Source: Phoronis australis (taxonomy: Eukaryota > Animalia > Phoronida). Taken from it: DNA of 64,000 nt. The notes beneath the pieces are model-generated. The model worked only from the letters and a program-made list of their open reading frames with translations. It made no database searches and was not told the origin of the DNA. Within the stretch, counting starts at the first letter, position 1. Each line of letters opens with the position of its first letter. Shown here piece after piece: positions 37,256 through 49,679 of the stretch. The stretch spans positions 344,038 through 408,037 of the forward strand of contig NMRA01000414.1 in the NCBI GenBank assembly GCA_002633005.1, read 5' to 3'. The position numbers and the translations under genes are program-made.

Positions 37256-40200
37256 CTAGAAACTGACCCCACCTCGTTCACGTGAGAACCCGATAAGACT
37301 CTGATTGTGAACAACAGCAGACACGCCGAGATAGCTGGTCATCTCGATCTTACACTCCTGGACCACGCACTCGCGCCCAGGGTTCTTCAGCTGGTAGCTG
37401 TGTTTGACAGCTTGAACAAATGACTCGAAGAAGTTGTCCACGTTGTACGTGATGACGTTGCGAAGTTTCTCGTTGTAAAGAGCCGGATGATGCGCCAATG
37501 TGATGTAGGGGATGTCTGTGCAGAATGGGTTCCACTTCTGACCAAAAGAAGGCTCTGAGCCTTTATTCCAGAATGCCCGTACACCGCCGAAGTTCCTTGG
37601 CCTAAAGTCAAAACATTCAGTTGCAGTGAGGAAAGACAAAAGTAATGCACCGCTTCCAGAACTGAATGATCAAATAGGAAAAATAATGAGTCCTTAACTA
37701 AGACAAAGTTATGCAGGGCCTTATTGACACGCTTGTCTATTTTGCAAATAGCTACAAAACTATAACCTTTAACTTGGTAAAAGTATATTTTCTCAGAGTA
37801 AGTCAGTAAAATTTGATTTTTGTCTTTTGCCAATCTGCCATTAATTGGGTCGCATGACCATGTTTTTCATTAAATTTTAGCAAATACATTGATAGCAAAA
37901 CAACAGCATCAAGAACATGATAAAACGTGATATAAAAGCTCAGCATGGGGCCCCAAAAATGCTGTTACAGTTTTCTAAAATGTTAACATTTCATTTTAAG
38001 CAAGTTTTTCATGAAAATCGCAAAAGTCCCATTTTTGGTCGCTCCACATGCAAAAGTAGACAATTTTAAAAACAATCCTTAAAATCCTTCTGGAGAATGG
38101 ACCATAGAGCGTAGTACCTGAAAGTTTCATACATGTGCGAATCCAACCAGCCATTTCTGAGATATGATATTCTAAAGTTAGCTCAATTTGAACATTTTCC
38201 AGGGTCCTAACTAACCTTAAACAAAACATCTGAAATGATCAATTGCCCAACAAAACAGCTTCAAAGACATGTATGCGCAACACTCCTATTATAAAAAAAT
38301 ACTCAAGGCCACTTGTCTTGTTGAAGACCTAGAAGACAGCTAGTCATAATTACGACTAAAATATACCATCAGTTGTACCAACACTACCCTGGGACCCTAA
38401 TCTAATGCAATGCAATTAACATACATCATCAATGACTTCTCTGGGTACACAAGATCACCGATTTGGATAGCATCAACAATGTGCAGGAAAATCCGCTTGT
38501 TCTCCTTGATCACTCCAGTCACAAAGTCATAGCGGGTCAGTATCAACGAGTTGTCAGTCAACACGACCACCACTTCTTTTTCGTTATCCCAATGGTCAAT
38601 TCTAGAATAACAAGGAATAATATTTGTTGATATCCTTTATACATATCAGAAAGAAATATCTTCTGTCAAAAGGAAAAACATTTCTGGAACACAACGTTCA
38701 AAATTAATTATTTTCAACGAATGGGTCACGACCCTTCATCACATATTCTTGTAACCGAGTATCAAATTTTTTCCCTGAGGATGAGACCAGAACAGTCTAT
38801 AAATATAGCCGTCACTATTATCATTAGTTTTCTAATTTCCCTTGGCTGTCTGCTTTACTGTTGCACGATCATAAAAGAAAATTATTTATCATGAACATCA
38901 GCGTGTGTTCAACAAATTTTGTCTACATGAGTGCAATGCTGCCAAATTATCCCGATTTTTTGTCAGTATGAGCAAATAATTTCTTCTTGTTTTCTATGAT
39001 TGTACTATGATAGGGGTGTAGCTCGTTGGCGGTATCTTCAGGGTACTAAACAGACACGTGTCAAATACACTACATTTCACATAACTGGTGGACACGTTAG
39101 CACAACACAATGCTTATCAAAGACGCTCCTTTTCCTAAACATGTGTATCATTTGAAATAAAGGATTTGATTACAATTCTAGTTCTAGCGAATGCACACAA
39201 CTCCCATGCATGCACGGCGCAACCTCAGCCGTGCGTAACTGAAGTCGGTACTCCATGCATTGAGTTCTACACTACAAATCTATGCACTAGATAAGTGTAT
39301 TAACCAGATTGTAAACCGGGGGAAAAGTTATTTGATCTTTATAGTCTGAAGTGGCCTCCAAAACCATGTACAGTCTAAATTTGAGGTATCCTCAAGCATT
39401 GAAAAGCTGACTAATACCTAATTTAAATCTAGTAAAAACACTAGCTTACATCAGCACAATTTCAATGTAAGACGCAACATGGAAGGGAAGAGGAAATAAT
39501 GGACAGTTTTTAAACTTAAAAGTTTCTCAACAAAACTGCACAATAATGGGAATATTACTTTTATTTTGTTGCACTTAAACTACAATGCTTTTTCCAAACA
39601 AAACTTTTAAGAGCATTTGTGGCAATTTTGTAATCAAAGTAGGAAAAACAAATAACACTTTTTGAAATTATTTTTAGTGAAAATCAAAAGATATATTTAT
39701 TTATTTATTGTGATAATGAGTGTGGCCTCTTCAGTGATAGCACTCCTTTCCAAGAGGGCCCCCAACAACAAAATATGAAACAGTAAGACAATACAGTAAA
39801 GTAATAAAACAATAATTAAATATATGTAACAGAGATACAATTAAAACAGGTTGAGAACTAAGATAATACGATCATACTCTTTTTTTATGATGCATCACGG
39901 CAGTTCACGCCACATTACAATCAGAAGCAAGATGTTACAAACAGGCGTTCGTGTTCAGAGTACAACAGACTAAAAAGAGAAACTATTGTATTTGAAATTG
40001 CTAAACCAGCATAATTTAAGTGGTATTTACAAACAGGTCATCAAATTCTGATCACCTTCATAAACCAGTTCCATTTAAGCCTCATTTACACAAAACACTA
40101 AACCATCATACTTTAAGTGGTATTAACAAAAAGTGCCATAAAATTTTGATCACCCCTATTAACCAGCTCCACTTAAGTCTCATTTAGCACGAGGCACAAA

Positions 40201-43200
40201 TTACATGAAGCAGCTGACAGGCAACAGCTGATTGGGCACAAGTATGTGTGTAAACGAGACTGACACCGAGAAAGTTGACAGCGCGGTGACCATTTTTGAC
40301 ATCTATTTGATAGGCAGAGCGAGTTGCACTCCAGCAGTTGTTGTGGTGACAACTACACAATTAAACACAAACTGGGGCAAGACGGAAGGGATCATTTCCC
40401 TTACCCTTGTGCAACAGCATAAATATGGGTGATTAGCTGGCACTCCATGTGGTTTGGATATTCGCTACTATTGTTAGAGCGAGCATGTGCAGACGGTCTT
40501 CGTGTAAGTGACTCATGCTGACCCAGTTTGCGATCTAATGACGTGTAAACATGACTAAATAGGAGAATTCGCACTAAGACTATTGCTCCTGGTGTAAAAA
40601 CAACTTTTGGGTTGTCTAACAGGCTACATTCCAGTTTAAGCATCATCCTCTAAATGAAATATATATGCAATTCTGCAAATCAACATTCTAATGTTCCCCA
40701 GTGTACTTTGCCCTAATCAAGATCTTGATAACAGTAATGGACAAACACTCTACTCTTAATATCCCTTTCCTTTCCACTTGGAGATCATTGTAACGGCCTT
40801 CAATGTTTGATCTTTGCTCTCATGGTGACACAAGACGACATGAAAAGCAGCACTTGAACTTAAGTTCAAATAGTTATTTGAACGACTAACTTGAGTTTTC
40901 TTGGAAAGCGTAATTTGAGAATAGGACTATCAAATTGGCCAGAGATACCATGAATTAAAACGAAAAATTCAATCAAGGAAGGGTTTACGGCCTTTACACA
41001 TGAGCCAAGCATGTCTCAATCTAATTACTATCAAATTTTTCCAAAGCCCGGCAGGTCAGAAATATTTCCCATACCCAAACAGACAATTCAGACGATCCAA
41101 AAGCAAAAAGTGGCGTAAGCAGGTTGGGTGTTAACAATTAAAAATCCGAATGGTAGCGATACTGCCAATTTGATACCAACACTTGTTGGATACCAATAGT
41201 GAATACTATCACTAATACTAACTTTCAATTGTTTTGGAAAATGTTTGGTGTCTTAGCTTGATTTGTTCACTGTAGAACTTCACAAGATGTTGTTAATTCT
41301 AAGATTTTTTAATGATCAGAAGAACTACAGACCGTGTCCTGGTGTCAAAAAGTCGGTTTTGTCGTTATTCAGTAAAAACTGGTTCTCAGCAGCCATTTTG
41401 AAGAGGGACCCGTTTACTCCACTTCTACCAAAAAGTCAACTTATTTCCCAGATGTATTCATTTTTCTCTTCTATTGTAACAACATTACAATGTTATCCAT
41501 TGTCCGAACTGAAATTACATACAGTGAACTGCGTGTAATTCCCTTAATATCCATAATATGCCCGTTTCAATGTTACCAAAACAAAAACTATGACCAGGTT
41601 CTTGACAAGCCTTACCTAAAGGTCTTGAAAAACAAACTCCATCCTCCATGTAAATTCACAGAAGCCAACGAATATTTCCGAGCATGGTTGTGCAAACATT
41701 TGTGTTGGGGTGACTATATTCAAGTGCTCAGCAAAATTTTCTGAACGTAGCAACTTCCAATCAATATACCATACATTGTCAGCACATCAACAATGACTTC
41801 CTGCCTTAGTCCCCCATTGCAAATTTACACCAAGCACCGCGGTAAAATTTCTTCAGCTAGGGCATGGACTGTGTAAGTCCATGATTAGAGACATATTATA
41901 GCAGAAAAGCTGTGGAACTTCTTTTCAAAATTTGCCAATGAACCCATGACATCATAGATTATATGGAACAAGATGGAGTACCTACAGGTAGTAAGTCATT
42001 GAAGAAAACTATGGCACTTTTACCAATTGTTTTGCACCAATTTGAACTTTTTCATTAACCTTAATCATGAGTCGTTTTATTTAAAGTCATAAGTATTTTA
42101 ATAACAATTGTTTTCCTTTGTTTTGTTTTGTATTTTTTATACTCACTGTGTCCTATCTGTCCAATGAAATGTATAATAAATAATTGATCATTTATCATTG
42201 CATTCTCTGGGAGACCAATGGGAACACTGCATGTATTTGCCCGCCATTAAATATTTTCATAAAAAATCTATGAGCGACCATATCACGAATGAAATAACAG
42301 TCAAGGTTCCTTCAATTTAGAACACAACGCAACACAATGAATTTTTGCCATATGTCTCAATAAAAATACATATGAAAAATTACTGGATAGTTACCAACTA
42401 GGTTTTCATTTATCAGCTGCCACAATAACATATGTCTCAACAAATAAATATACTTATGAGATAGAAATATTTTTTTGTTTTGTAAAATTTATCTGTAGAC
42501 AAGAAACGTATTTTTACATGAAAAAGTCCAAATAATGAAACAAGAGATGAAAAAAGAGGAAAATGAAAACCAAATAAGAGGAAATTGAAACCAACACAGA
42601 GGAAAACCTCTCATAAGGGGAAAATTACAAGCTACGAAAATCAAGCCTTCGGAAATGGAAAATTCTGGCAAATACTTCTGAGCAGGACTGAATAGACTGT
42701 ACTAGGGACTTCCAAGTATAATCCTCAATATATTTACTCAAACAAACTACTCACTGTGTCAATAGCCATGCCCCAGTAACTGACCCATCCAGGTCATAGG
42801 TCACAGTCTCAGTCTTTATGCTCTGCACAGCATTTTCAAAGGCGCCCGGCTAAAACGAGTGTAAATAATGTATTAATATTCACGTCACACAAACTCAATC
42901 TACAGTAACCACAAGTCTCTCAATTCCCTCCTTGATGAGGAAATTCTAGGTTCACAAGAATAGCGAAAACAAAAGTAGTTTTTCAGTCTGTGGTGGAAAT
43001 GATAGTGCTTTAGCCAGGCAGATGGGGGTTATTTTCGCCAGCAGTTACATACAGAACCAGTTTATTTTCTCAGTACTGTGTTGCCTTTGAAGCAAGAATT
43101 GATGTTGTGTCACAATCACTCTGCGCAGTAAACTCATTGAAGCTTCCCATTGAGCCCCATTTCATTCGAAAGCTATCGCTTAATTAGTTTGTTTGGGGTT

Positions 43201-46200
43201 GAATCCTTTGATCTAATTTTTAATACCGTGTGCTAGATTCCTACAGACCAGTGGATGATCAATCAAAACTAGGTCGCTGCATATTCAATATTTTTAGGTC
43301 TATATAGGGGTAAAGCTCGTAACGCTAGGACTTCACTAAAAAGCAAGAATTCATGAAATTACGTGACATGTTGTGTATTTTCAGTTGAAAACGTGATTTT
43401 GGCTAGATTTTTCTATTCCCAAGACAGCTACTGAACTCTACCCTAGTCTTCGTCCAGGGCCGCAAGGGTGAGAATCTCACGAGCACGCTAGTCTGAAGAC
43501 TTCGAGACGTATGGTCAAGTATTGCAAGCGAAGCACACGATCACACTAGCTTCTTTAGCGAGATTCTTGCATCTGTGATGATTATCAGAGATAGAGAATT
43601 TGTAAGGGTAGTGAAGCGTGGTTACGTGGGTGTATATTAGTTTTTGATATGTGTTATAGTACAGGCACTTACACAACACTAAGGCAGGGATGCAGTGCCC
43701 CTGTAGCAAATGCGTGTGCGGCACTGCGCCAGCGCGCCGTTCTGAGTGCTGGGCCTTACACCGCTTAACACATTACACGAATGAGCACTACCAAGAAGAC
43801 ACTGAAAAACGAAAGACGTTTGAACTGCAAACAGATTTTTAATGAAAAATTTTCGTTTCAACCCAAAAATTGCGTTGTCAGAAGCACGTCTGAATGTTAG
43901 TCAGTGGTGGCTCATTCCTTGCTAACTGTCCCATTCAAAATTATTAAGCAAGCCCAGAACGGCTGCACGAAGATTTCAATCATTCGCCGGGATGCAGGTA
44001 AGTGGCAGCAAAACTTATTGTCCGGCGATAGTTGGGCATTTGCAAAGGCCAGGACGTTTTAAAATAAAAACGTTTCGTAAACACGCAAGTTGATGTCAGG
44101 CGTGCATGTTCAATGTCACAGTCGGGAGTCGAACAGCACGGCCTATTTAAACCAGAGCACATGTTACGCTACAACGAAAAGTTGCAGCCTTCGGTGTATT
44201 TCCTATTTGTATTTTCATCAGAAATTTTCGTTAGGCGGAACTCGGTGATTCTTTTCATAGCTAAAGCGCCAAACACAAGCTAAACGCAAGACAATCGAGT
44301 AACGGTCGTGACATCGTCAAGACAAGGTAAAAATTACAAACCCGTTATACCGATTCTCGGACTCGAGCCTTATACAGTAGTAATCATCCGTTGAACGCTT
44401 TAGTGACACGGGAGTTGCGTCGATCCCAAATTACCGTATCTAAAATTTTCCTTGTCCGAAAGTCGCGGGACAAAATTCTGATGTTTATGACAATGTCCGA
44501 AATTCGAGGATCTTTGAAAAACTGTTTTTGGACCTTGTACGAATTTCGTGGACTATGAAAAACTCATTTCGTAAATATTTATTCTTGGTCGAAAATGGCG
44601 GGCCGTCCGAAAATCACGCGACTTTACCGTAATTATACATCATGGTAAAATCAATGACCCACATGAGGATCGATGATTGCTTCAATGTCAAGAACTTTTA
44701 AACATTTTTTCAGGGGCAAATGGGCCCCGAAATTGAGGCAGAGAGTGCGAGATGTGCCATTGAATGACTGTCTGTTGGGTCCAGCTGGAGAGGATGGGAG
44801 TTACCAAAATACAGCTAGACACATAAACTACTAGTACCTCATGACTCATGTCAGTGTATAAATAAATAGGTACCAGTAATTTGCGTGCCGCAGGCTGGAT
44901 AGGAAACAGAACATGAGTCACAAAAATAGTGGTCCCTAGGTAGTTTCACCACCTCTGGTATGGCCAGAGGTGGATAAACACAAAGAGTAACTGCAGCATA
45001 TTTTAAGTATGTATACATACACATACACATATACAGGACTCAATCCTTAGCATGTCAACTTGACAAATGCGACCTGGCAAAACTGCCTAGACCCGAGACA
45101 ATGCCATCTTTTCAAATACCTTCCGTTGTCAACATCTTAGTGTTTATTTTGATAGACAATAAGTTAGGTGAAGCGCTACTTTAATGTCCGAGACCCGTCT
45201 AACTTAACACTTTGTACAGGCCATTTTGATGCACAGAATTCTTGAACGCATACAATGACGTAACATGGAACGCTGTTTAGAGGAGTTTTCAAACGGAAAA
45301 GTGTCCCACATCATTCTCGGCATTTGCAGTTGAATTTCTCAGTCAAAAATATTGACGTGACAATTTCACTCCTTTCAGCCACCCGATACAATACCTGAAT
45401 ATATACCAGATACCTACTACTGCAGTACCCAAGACAATACTTCAAGGCAAATTACCCACCCCAGACAATACCGGAGGGGGGAAAAACAACCCACTCCAGT
45501 TCGCAGCACATCTCTCCTACTAGTACTCATTCCCATTATGGGAGAATCCCTCCGGGATAAAAATTTCCTCCTTGGTAGCTAATGCTGTTTAAAATACACG
45601 AGGCATTTTGCATGATAGTGATGTTTCAGGTGACTTCCGAGTGTGACGTACAGTAGAATAAAGGCCTTTCCAAATCACTTGCCAATCAGCAACTGCATCT
45701 TGGACGAATGATTTGGACAATATGCTCACACGCCGAAGTGGACAGCATCACAGTTTCAACTGGCCCCGGTAGAGACAGTGACCATCCCATAGCTAGCCCT
45801 CCACAAGCCAGAAGCTTTTCGATAAAAACATCAAAATGATTTTGCTATAGTATTTTCCGGAGACAGGGACACCTTGGCTTAGCAAGGAGGCCTTTGACGG
45901 CTCTTTAACTCTTCTCAGCTCAAAAAAATACTCCTGCAATCTGGGCCAACTTTTTTTTCGAAGAGTCCTCTGTTCATTTGCCCAATCGGCAACTGGCCAC
46001 AATTACAATGCTCGTACCAGGAGATATGATGTCGAAGATATGTGGTTCCAATACCAGCATTCACTGTGGATTTCTTAACATTACAATCAATAACCAGTGT
46101 TAATAACAGGCCTATTATAATATTCTGAAGATCAAACTGGTTTTCCAAATCAAGCACCGCTATATTTGACCACTGTCACATGACGAATACTCTCTACCCT

Positions 46201-46696
46201 GATGCCTACATGAAGAAATGGGAGGTTTAGGTTATTGTACATTACTCATTAGTTCTAGTGGTGACTGAAGTAGACAATGACCATCGTCTTAGCTGGCGAA
46301 GGTGACTGGGTGACAATTGAGGTTTGAGGTGCATACCTTTAGACTAAAGAATTTCTCGATGCTGAAATCGGACACAGATTTTGCATCGTCGACAGCCGTT
46401 TTAGAGCCAACGTTAACTGTTGTCATGGACGATCTGTCTGGCTCTTGGCTTGGGTTGTAGCGTTGAGTGTTGGGTGGATTCGAAGAAACTGTCCGAACTT
46501 GTGCGGAACCCGCGAATGTAACACCACGGTCATTGCCATTTTCGGCAACTGAATCAATGTGCAAAGTTGCACCATTAAACCCTGGGTCTCTTTGATTTCT
46601 GTCGTCATCTAAACGTTGATCTCCTTGCATCTGCCTTGTTTTATCAGAGCCACTAACTTCCGTGTGAATTCGCACTTCTTGCATATCTTCCGCCAT
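37256..46696 (-). CDS. TPRG1L: Tumor protein p63-regulated gene 1-like protein (hSac2 domain), 4 coding exons
   Basis: Exons 46696-46337 (MAEDMQEV...FFSLK), 42849-42755 (PGAFENAV...GAWLLT), 38601-38425 (IDHWDNEKEVVVVLTDNSLILTRYDF), 37601-37256 (WNPFCTDIPY..HP..SYLGVSAVVHNQSLIGFSRERGGVSF*). Splice phases are consistent; WLLTxIDHWxNEKE and the C-terminal GxSxxRGxxxF match the TPRG1/TPRG1L family. Confidence 0.92.
40004..40190. repeat. ~97-bp diverged tandem duplication
   Basis: AACCA.CATA.TTTAAGTGGTATT.ACAAA...TGATCACC...AACCAG.TCCA.TTAAG.CTCATTTA occurs twice. Confidence 0.75.
43307..43443. mobile_element. Small MITE (family A), copy 2, TA-flanked
   Basis: Shares AACGTGATTTTGGCTAGATTTTTCTA...AGACAGCTACTGAACTCTACCC with the reverse complement of 52614-52765; TA on both sides. 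Confidence 0.65.
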
Positions 46697-49060
46697 GTTG
46701 TTGTTTTTTGATCGATGTAATAAAACACACGAGAGAGGTCGCTGTCTCACTAAATAAAGTAAATGACCAAAGCCCACATGATCGTGTTTACACCCGAGTG
46801 TGTAATTGTATACACACCGTTGTCACGTGGTTTGGTAAGGCCCTATAATGTTGCAGCTGATGATGGTGCTGCCGGGATAAAACTTTTACCGACAGCTTAT
46901 TATGTCATGGTTTTTCTGGATACTGATGAACCAATTTCAAGAGGTAGCCTACAAGACTGATCGATCTTCATCATGGCAAATCAATTTTTCGGTTCAGTTT
47001 GCAAAAGTTCGTTGAACGCTGCACAAGGCATCATTATATAACGCGACCCCGGCCGCGACCAAGCCATCTCGTCTTTTTTTACATGGCTCAGTTATGAAAT
47101 AATCAGTATCCGTAATTGAAACACCAAAGAATCATCAAATCATGATAACCACAACTTGTTGAAACAGAAACCTAACGCATGAATTAGGCCTATTGATATG
47201 CAACTTCCATCGGCGATACAGCTACTGCATTCGGCCGCGCGACGGAGTGACTTGGGCCGCCGCAATTGGAAAATCTCAAATTTGTTCTTCCATGTGATGG
47301 CGTAGTATAAGTAATCGGATATTAACGGTTAATTTGGTCACGCGCAGTGAATATGAGTACCGGAAAACGCTTGACTCCGCCAAGTTACCAACAGTGCGGT
47401 ATGAAATCTTGTACGCATTCATTCACTCATTTCGACTTACCGGTAGTTGGCTCCAACGGATTTTACGTTTCAACTGAAGTCACCGTCGCTCGACTAGATC
47501 TATAGAAGGGTATCTGACTGTTGATCATTGAATTTTCAAGCTACCCTTTGTCTTTGCGAAATTTTCACTAATGCGATTTGCTCAGTACCAGTCCATCGAT
47601 AAGTTTCTGAATATATCTAGGCCTATACTTGCCGCCGTGAGATAGCTTCAAGGGCAATCCTTGGGATCGATACCTAAGCCTCAGAACTAGGCCCAGATTC
47701 AAGACAAGTGTTCTACAAAAAATATTTTTACGAGCCTACGTTGCTTGAATCGACTTCGCTGCGAAATGTGAAGAAAACCGAATGCAAATATTGTTTTTTC
47801 CCTCACGTGACACGAACGCGATGTAAATTTACACCGGCACCCGGCGGGTGCAGATTTGCGGATGGTGTAAAATTGCTACATACTAACAGGGCGCAACAAT
47901 TCTGAAATCAATGCACAATCAGGCATCGGAATACCAGCAAGATTTCAATTTCTCATCCACGCGTTGCATGTCCAAATATTGAAGTGAATTTCCCTGAGAC
48001 AAGACAATACTCCAGAATCAAACAAATCAGTGGTCCATGGCGAGAATGACTGAAAAAATAGACAAGGGGCACCTTGATTGAATGCCTCAGAAACCATGAA
48101 ATCCGGAACTGAATAAGCAGGGCATCTGGGTCTAAAGTGCCTCAAAAATACTCTAAAATGCCCCAGCAATATTCTTTTCATTTTTAACGGCGTGCAAACC
48201 ACAGTGATGAGCGTATCACATGAACTTGAAAAGTGACTGCGGTCCGATGGAGTGGTGGGACGGAGTGATAAGCCTTCAAAATGCAGAACAGTTGACGAGT
48301 ATGTAACTGTACAGCATTTCGTATCTTTGCCGGATGTCGTATCTTGGACTGTTGCATCTGATTTAGTCAAGTGTTACGCTAACTACACCAAAAATGTAAT
48401 TTTAACATTGGTTTACTTGAGAATATCAAAGTGGCAGGTTTTAGCCTATTAGCAGCTATGAAAAACGACATTCCCATCCGATGTTCTGTAACTTTCGACA
48501 TCCCTCAAAAGTTGGAGAAAAATTCGAAAACTCAGTTTGATGTTTGTTAAACGGGCAAGCGTGACCTGCGCTTTTAGCGGATTACTAAGGCAACGGTGGA
48601 GAAAGACCACCCACCACGAACAGGTATACCCAATCTGTGACAAACTATTAAGTTTTTAGTTTATTACTGCATTTATCTTTCAAGATAGGAGCTAATGACG
48701 CATTAGCAGGTGCCAGAACGAGGATTGGTTGAAATCATCGAAACAGGGTTAGTATAATCTTTAAATTAAAATTCAGAACCTCCACAATTGTAAGTGTTCA
48801 TACTATATATGCACATATTCCATGAAAAGCTGTCTATTCACAATTCATTGCGTGTTGACCAGGCCAGTGTAAACGGTAAATTGAATTCAATAGGACCGTC
48901 ATGCACTTATTGCATATTAATTAAATAATGACAAATTCTTGTTGCTGAACCACCTTGTGTTGTAAATGGAGAATTCAGTGTTATCGGGCTAAGTGTCAAA
49001 GGTCACGACAGTCAAGGTGTTTTGATCTAGGATCGCCATCATCTTATTACTCTCAGGAAA

Positions 49061-49236
49061 TTGACCTATCGCCAGGATTTTGAGTAACGGCTTAACTGAC
49101 CATTTAGAACGCCGCATTATTGACACATCTTCGTTTCTAAGCCGCCATTTTACCCGACAAACCACACGTTGCCGGGTAAAACTTATTGTTTGTTAGTCGA
49201 CATTACGCAAGGGGGCGGATCTTGCGATAGGTCAAC
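49061..49236. mobile_element. Small inverted-repeat element with internal hairpin
   Basis: TTGACCTATCGCCAGGAT / ATCTTGCGATAGGTCAA termini; internal TTTTACCCG...CGGGTAAAA stem. Confidence 0.5.
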
Positions 49237-49679
49237 TGACAACATAAAACATGGTTCACTCTGAAAGTAGGAAGCTTGTATCTGTCACAGGTTAGACAAT
49301 GCGACCAGGTGTTTTAAGCAAAACCTAGATGTACAGGTGCCTTCAACCAAAACATTGATTTGAATCCCATCCTTACAAAATTTGTTTCAACTTGTTCCTC
49401 AAATCAGTTGACACAAAGGTTGGTCTAGTGAGAAACAGCCACTGAGTTCCTCGCAACATTAAGGTCACTGGTGGCCTATAAAAGGTCCAACATGTTTGCC
49501 CACTTCTGCCCACACCCCATCCACGATCCTAGATGATTTCTTGCAAATTAAATCGAAATTTTCCAATCATCAAGTAACTTAGATACAATGTAGAATTTTG
49601 AAAATTATAACAGACATGTTTAATTTCATGAATTTTATTATATATTGCACAACCAGAGTTTCTAGACATAATCTTTCAT

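Noticed and set aside
38629-38638. ATATCCTT U12-type donor motif
   Set aside because: On the strand opposite to TPRG1L; all reconstructed introns are ordinary GT-AG.
47945-48643. ORFs between TPRG1L and REV1
   Set aside because: No protein-like motifs or supporting exon chain.
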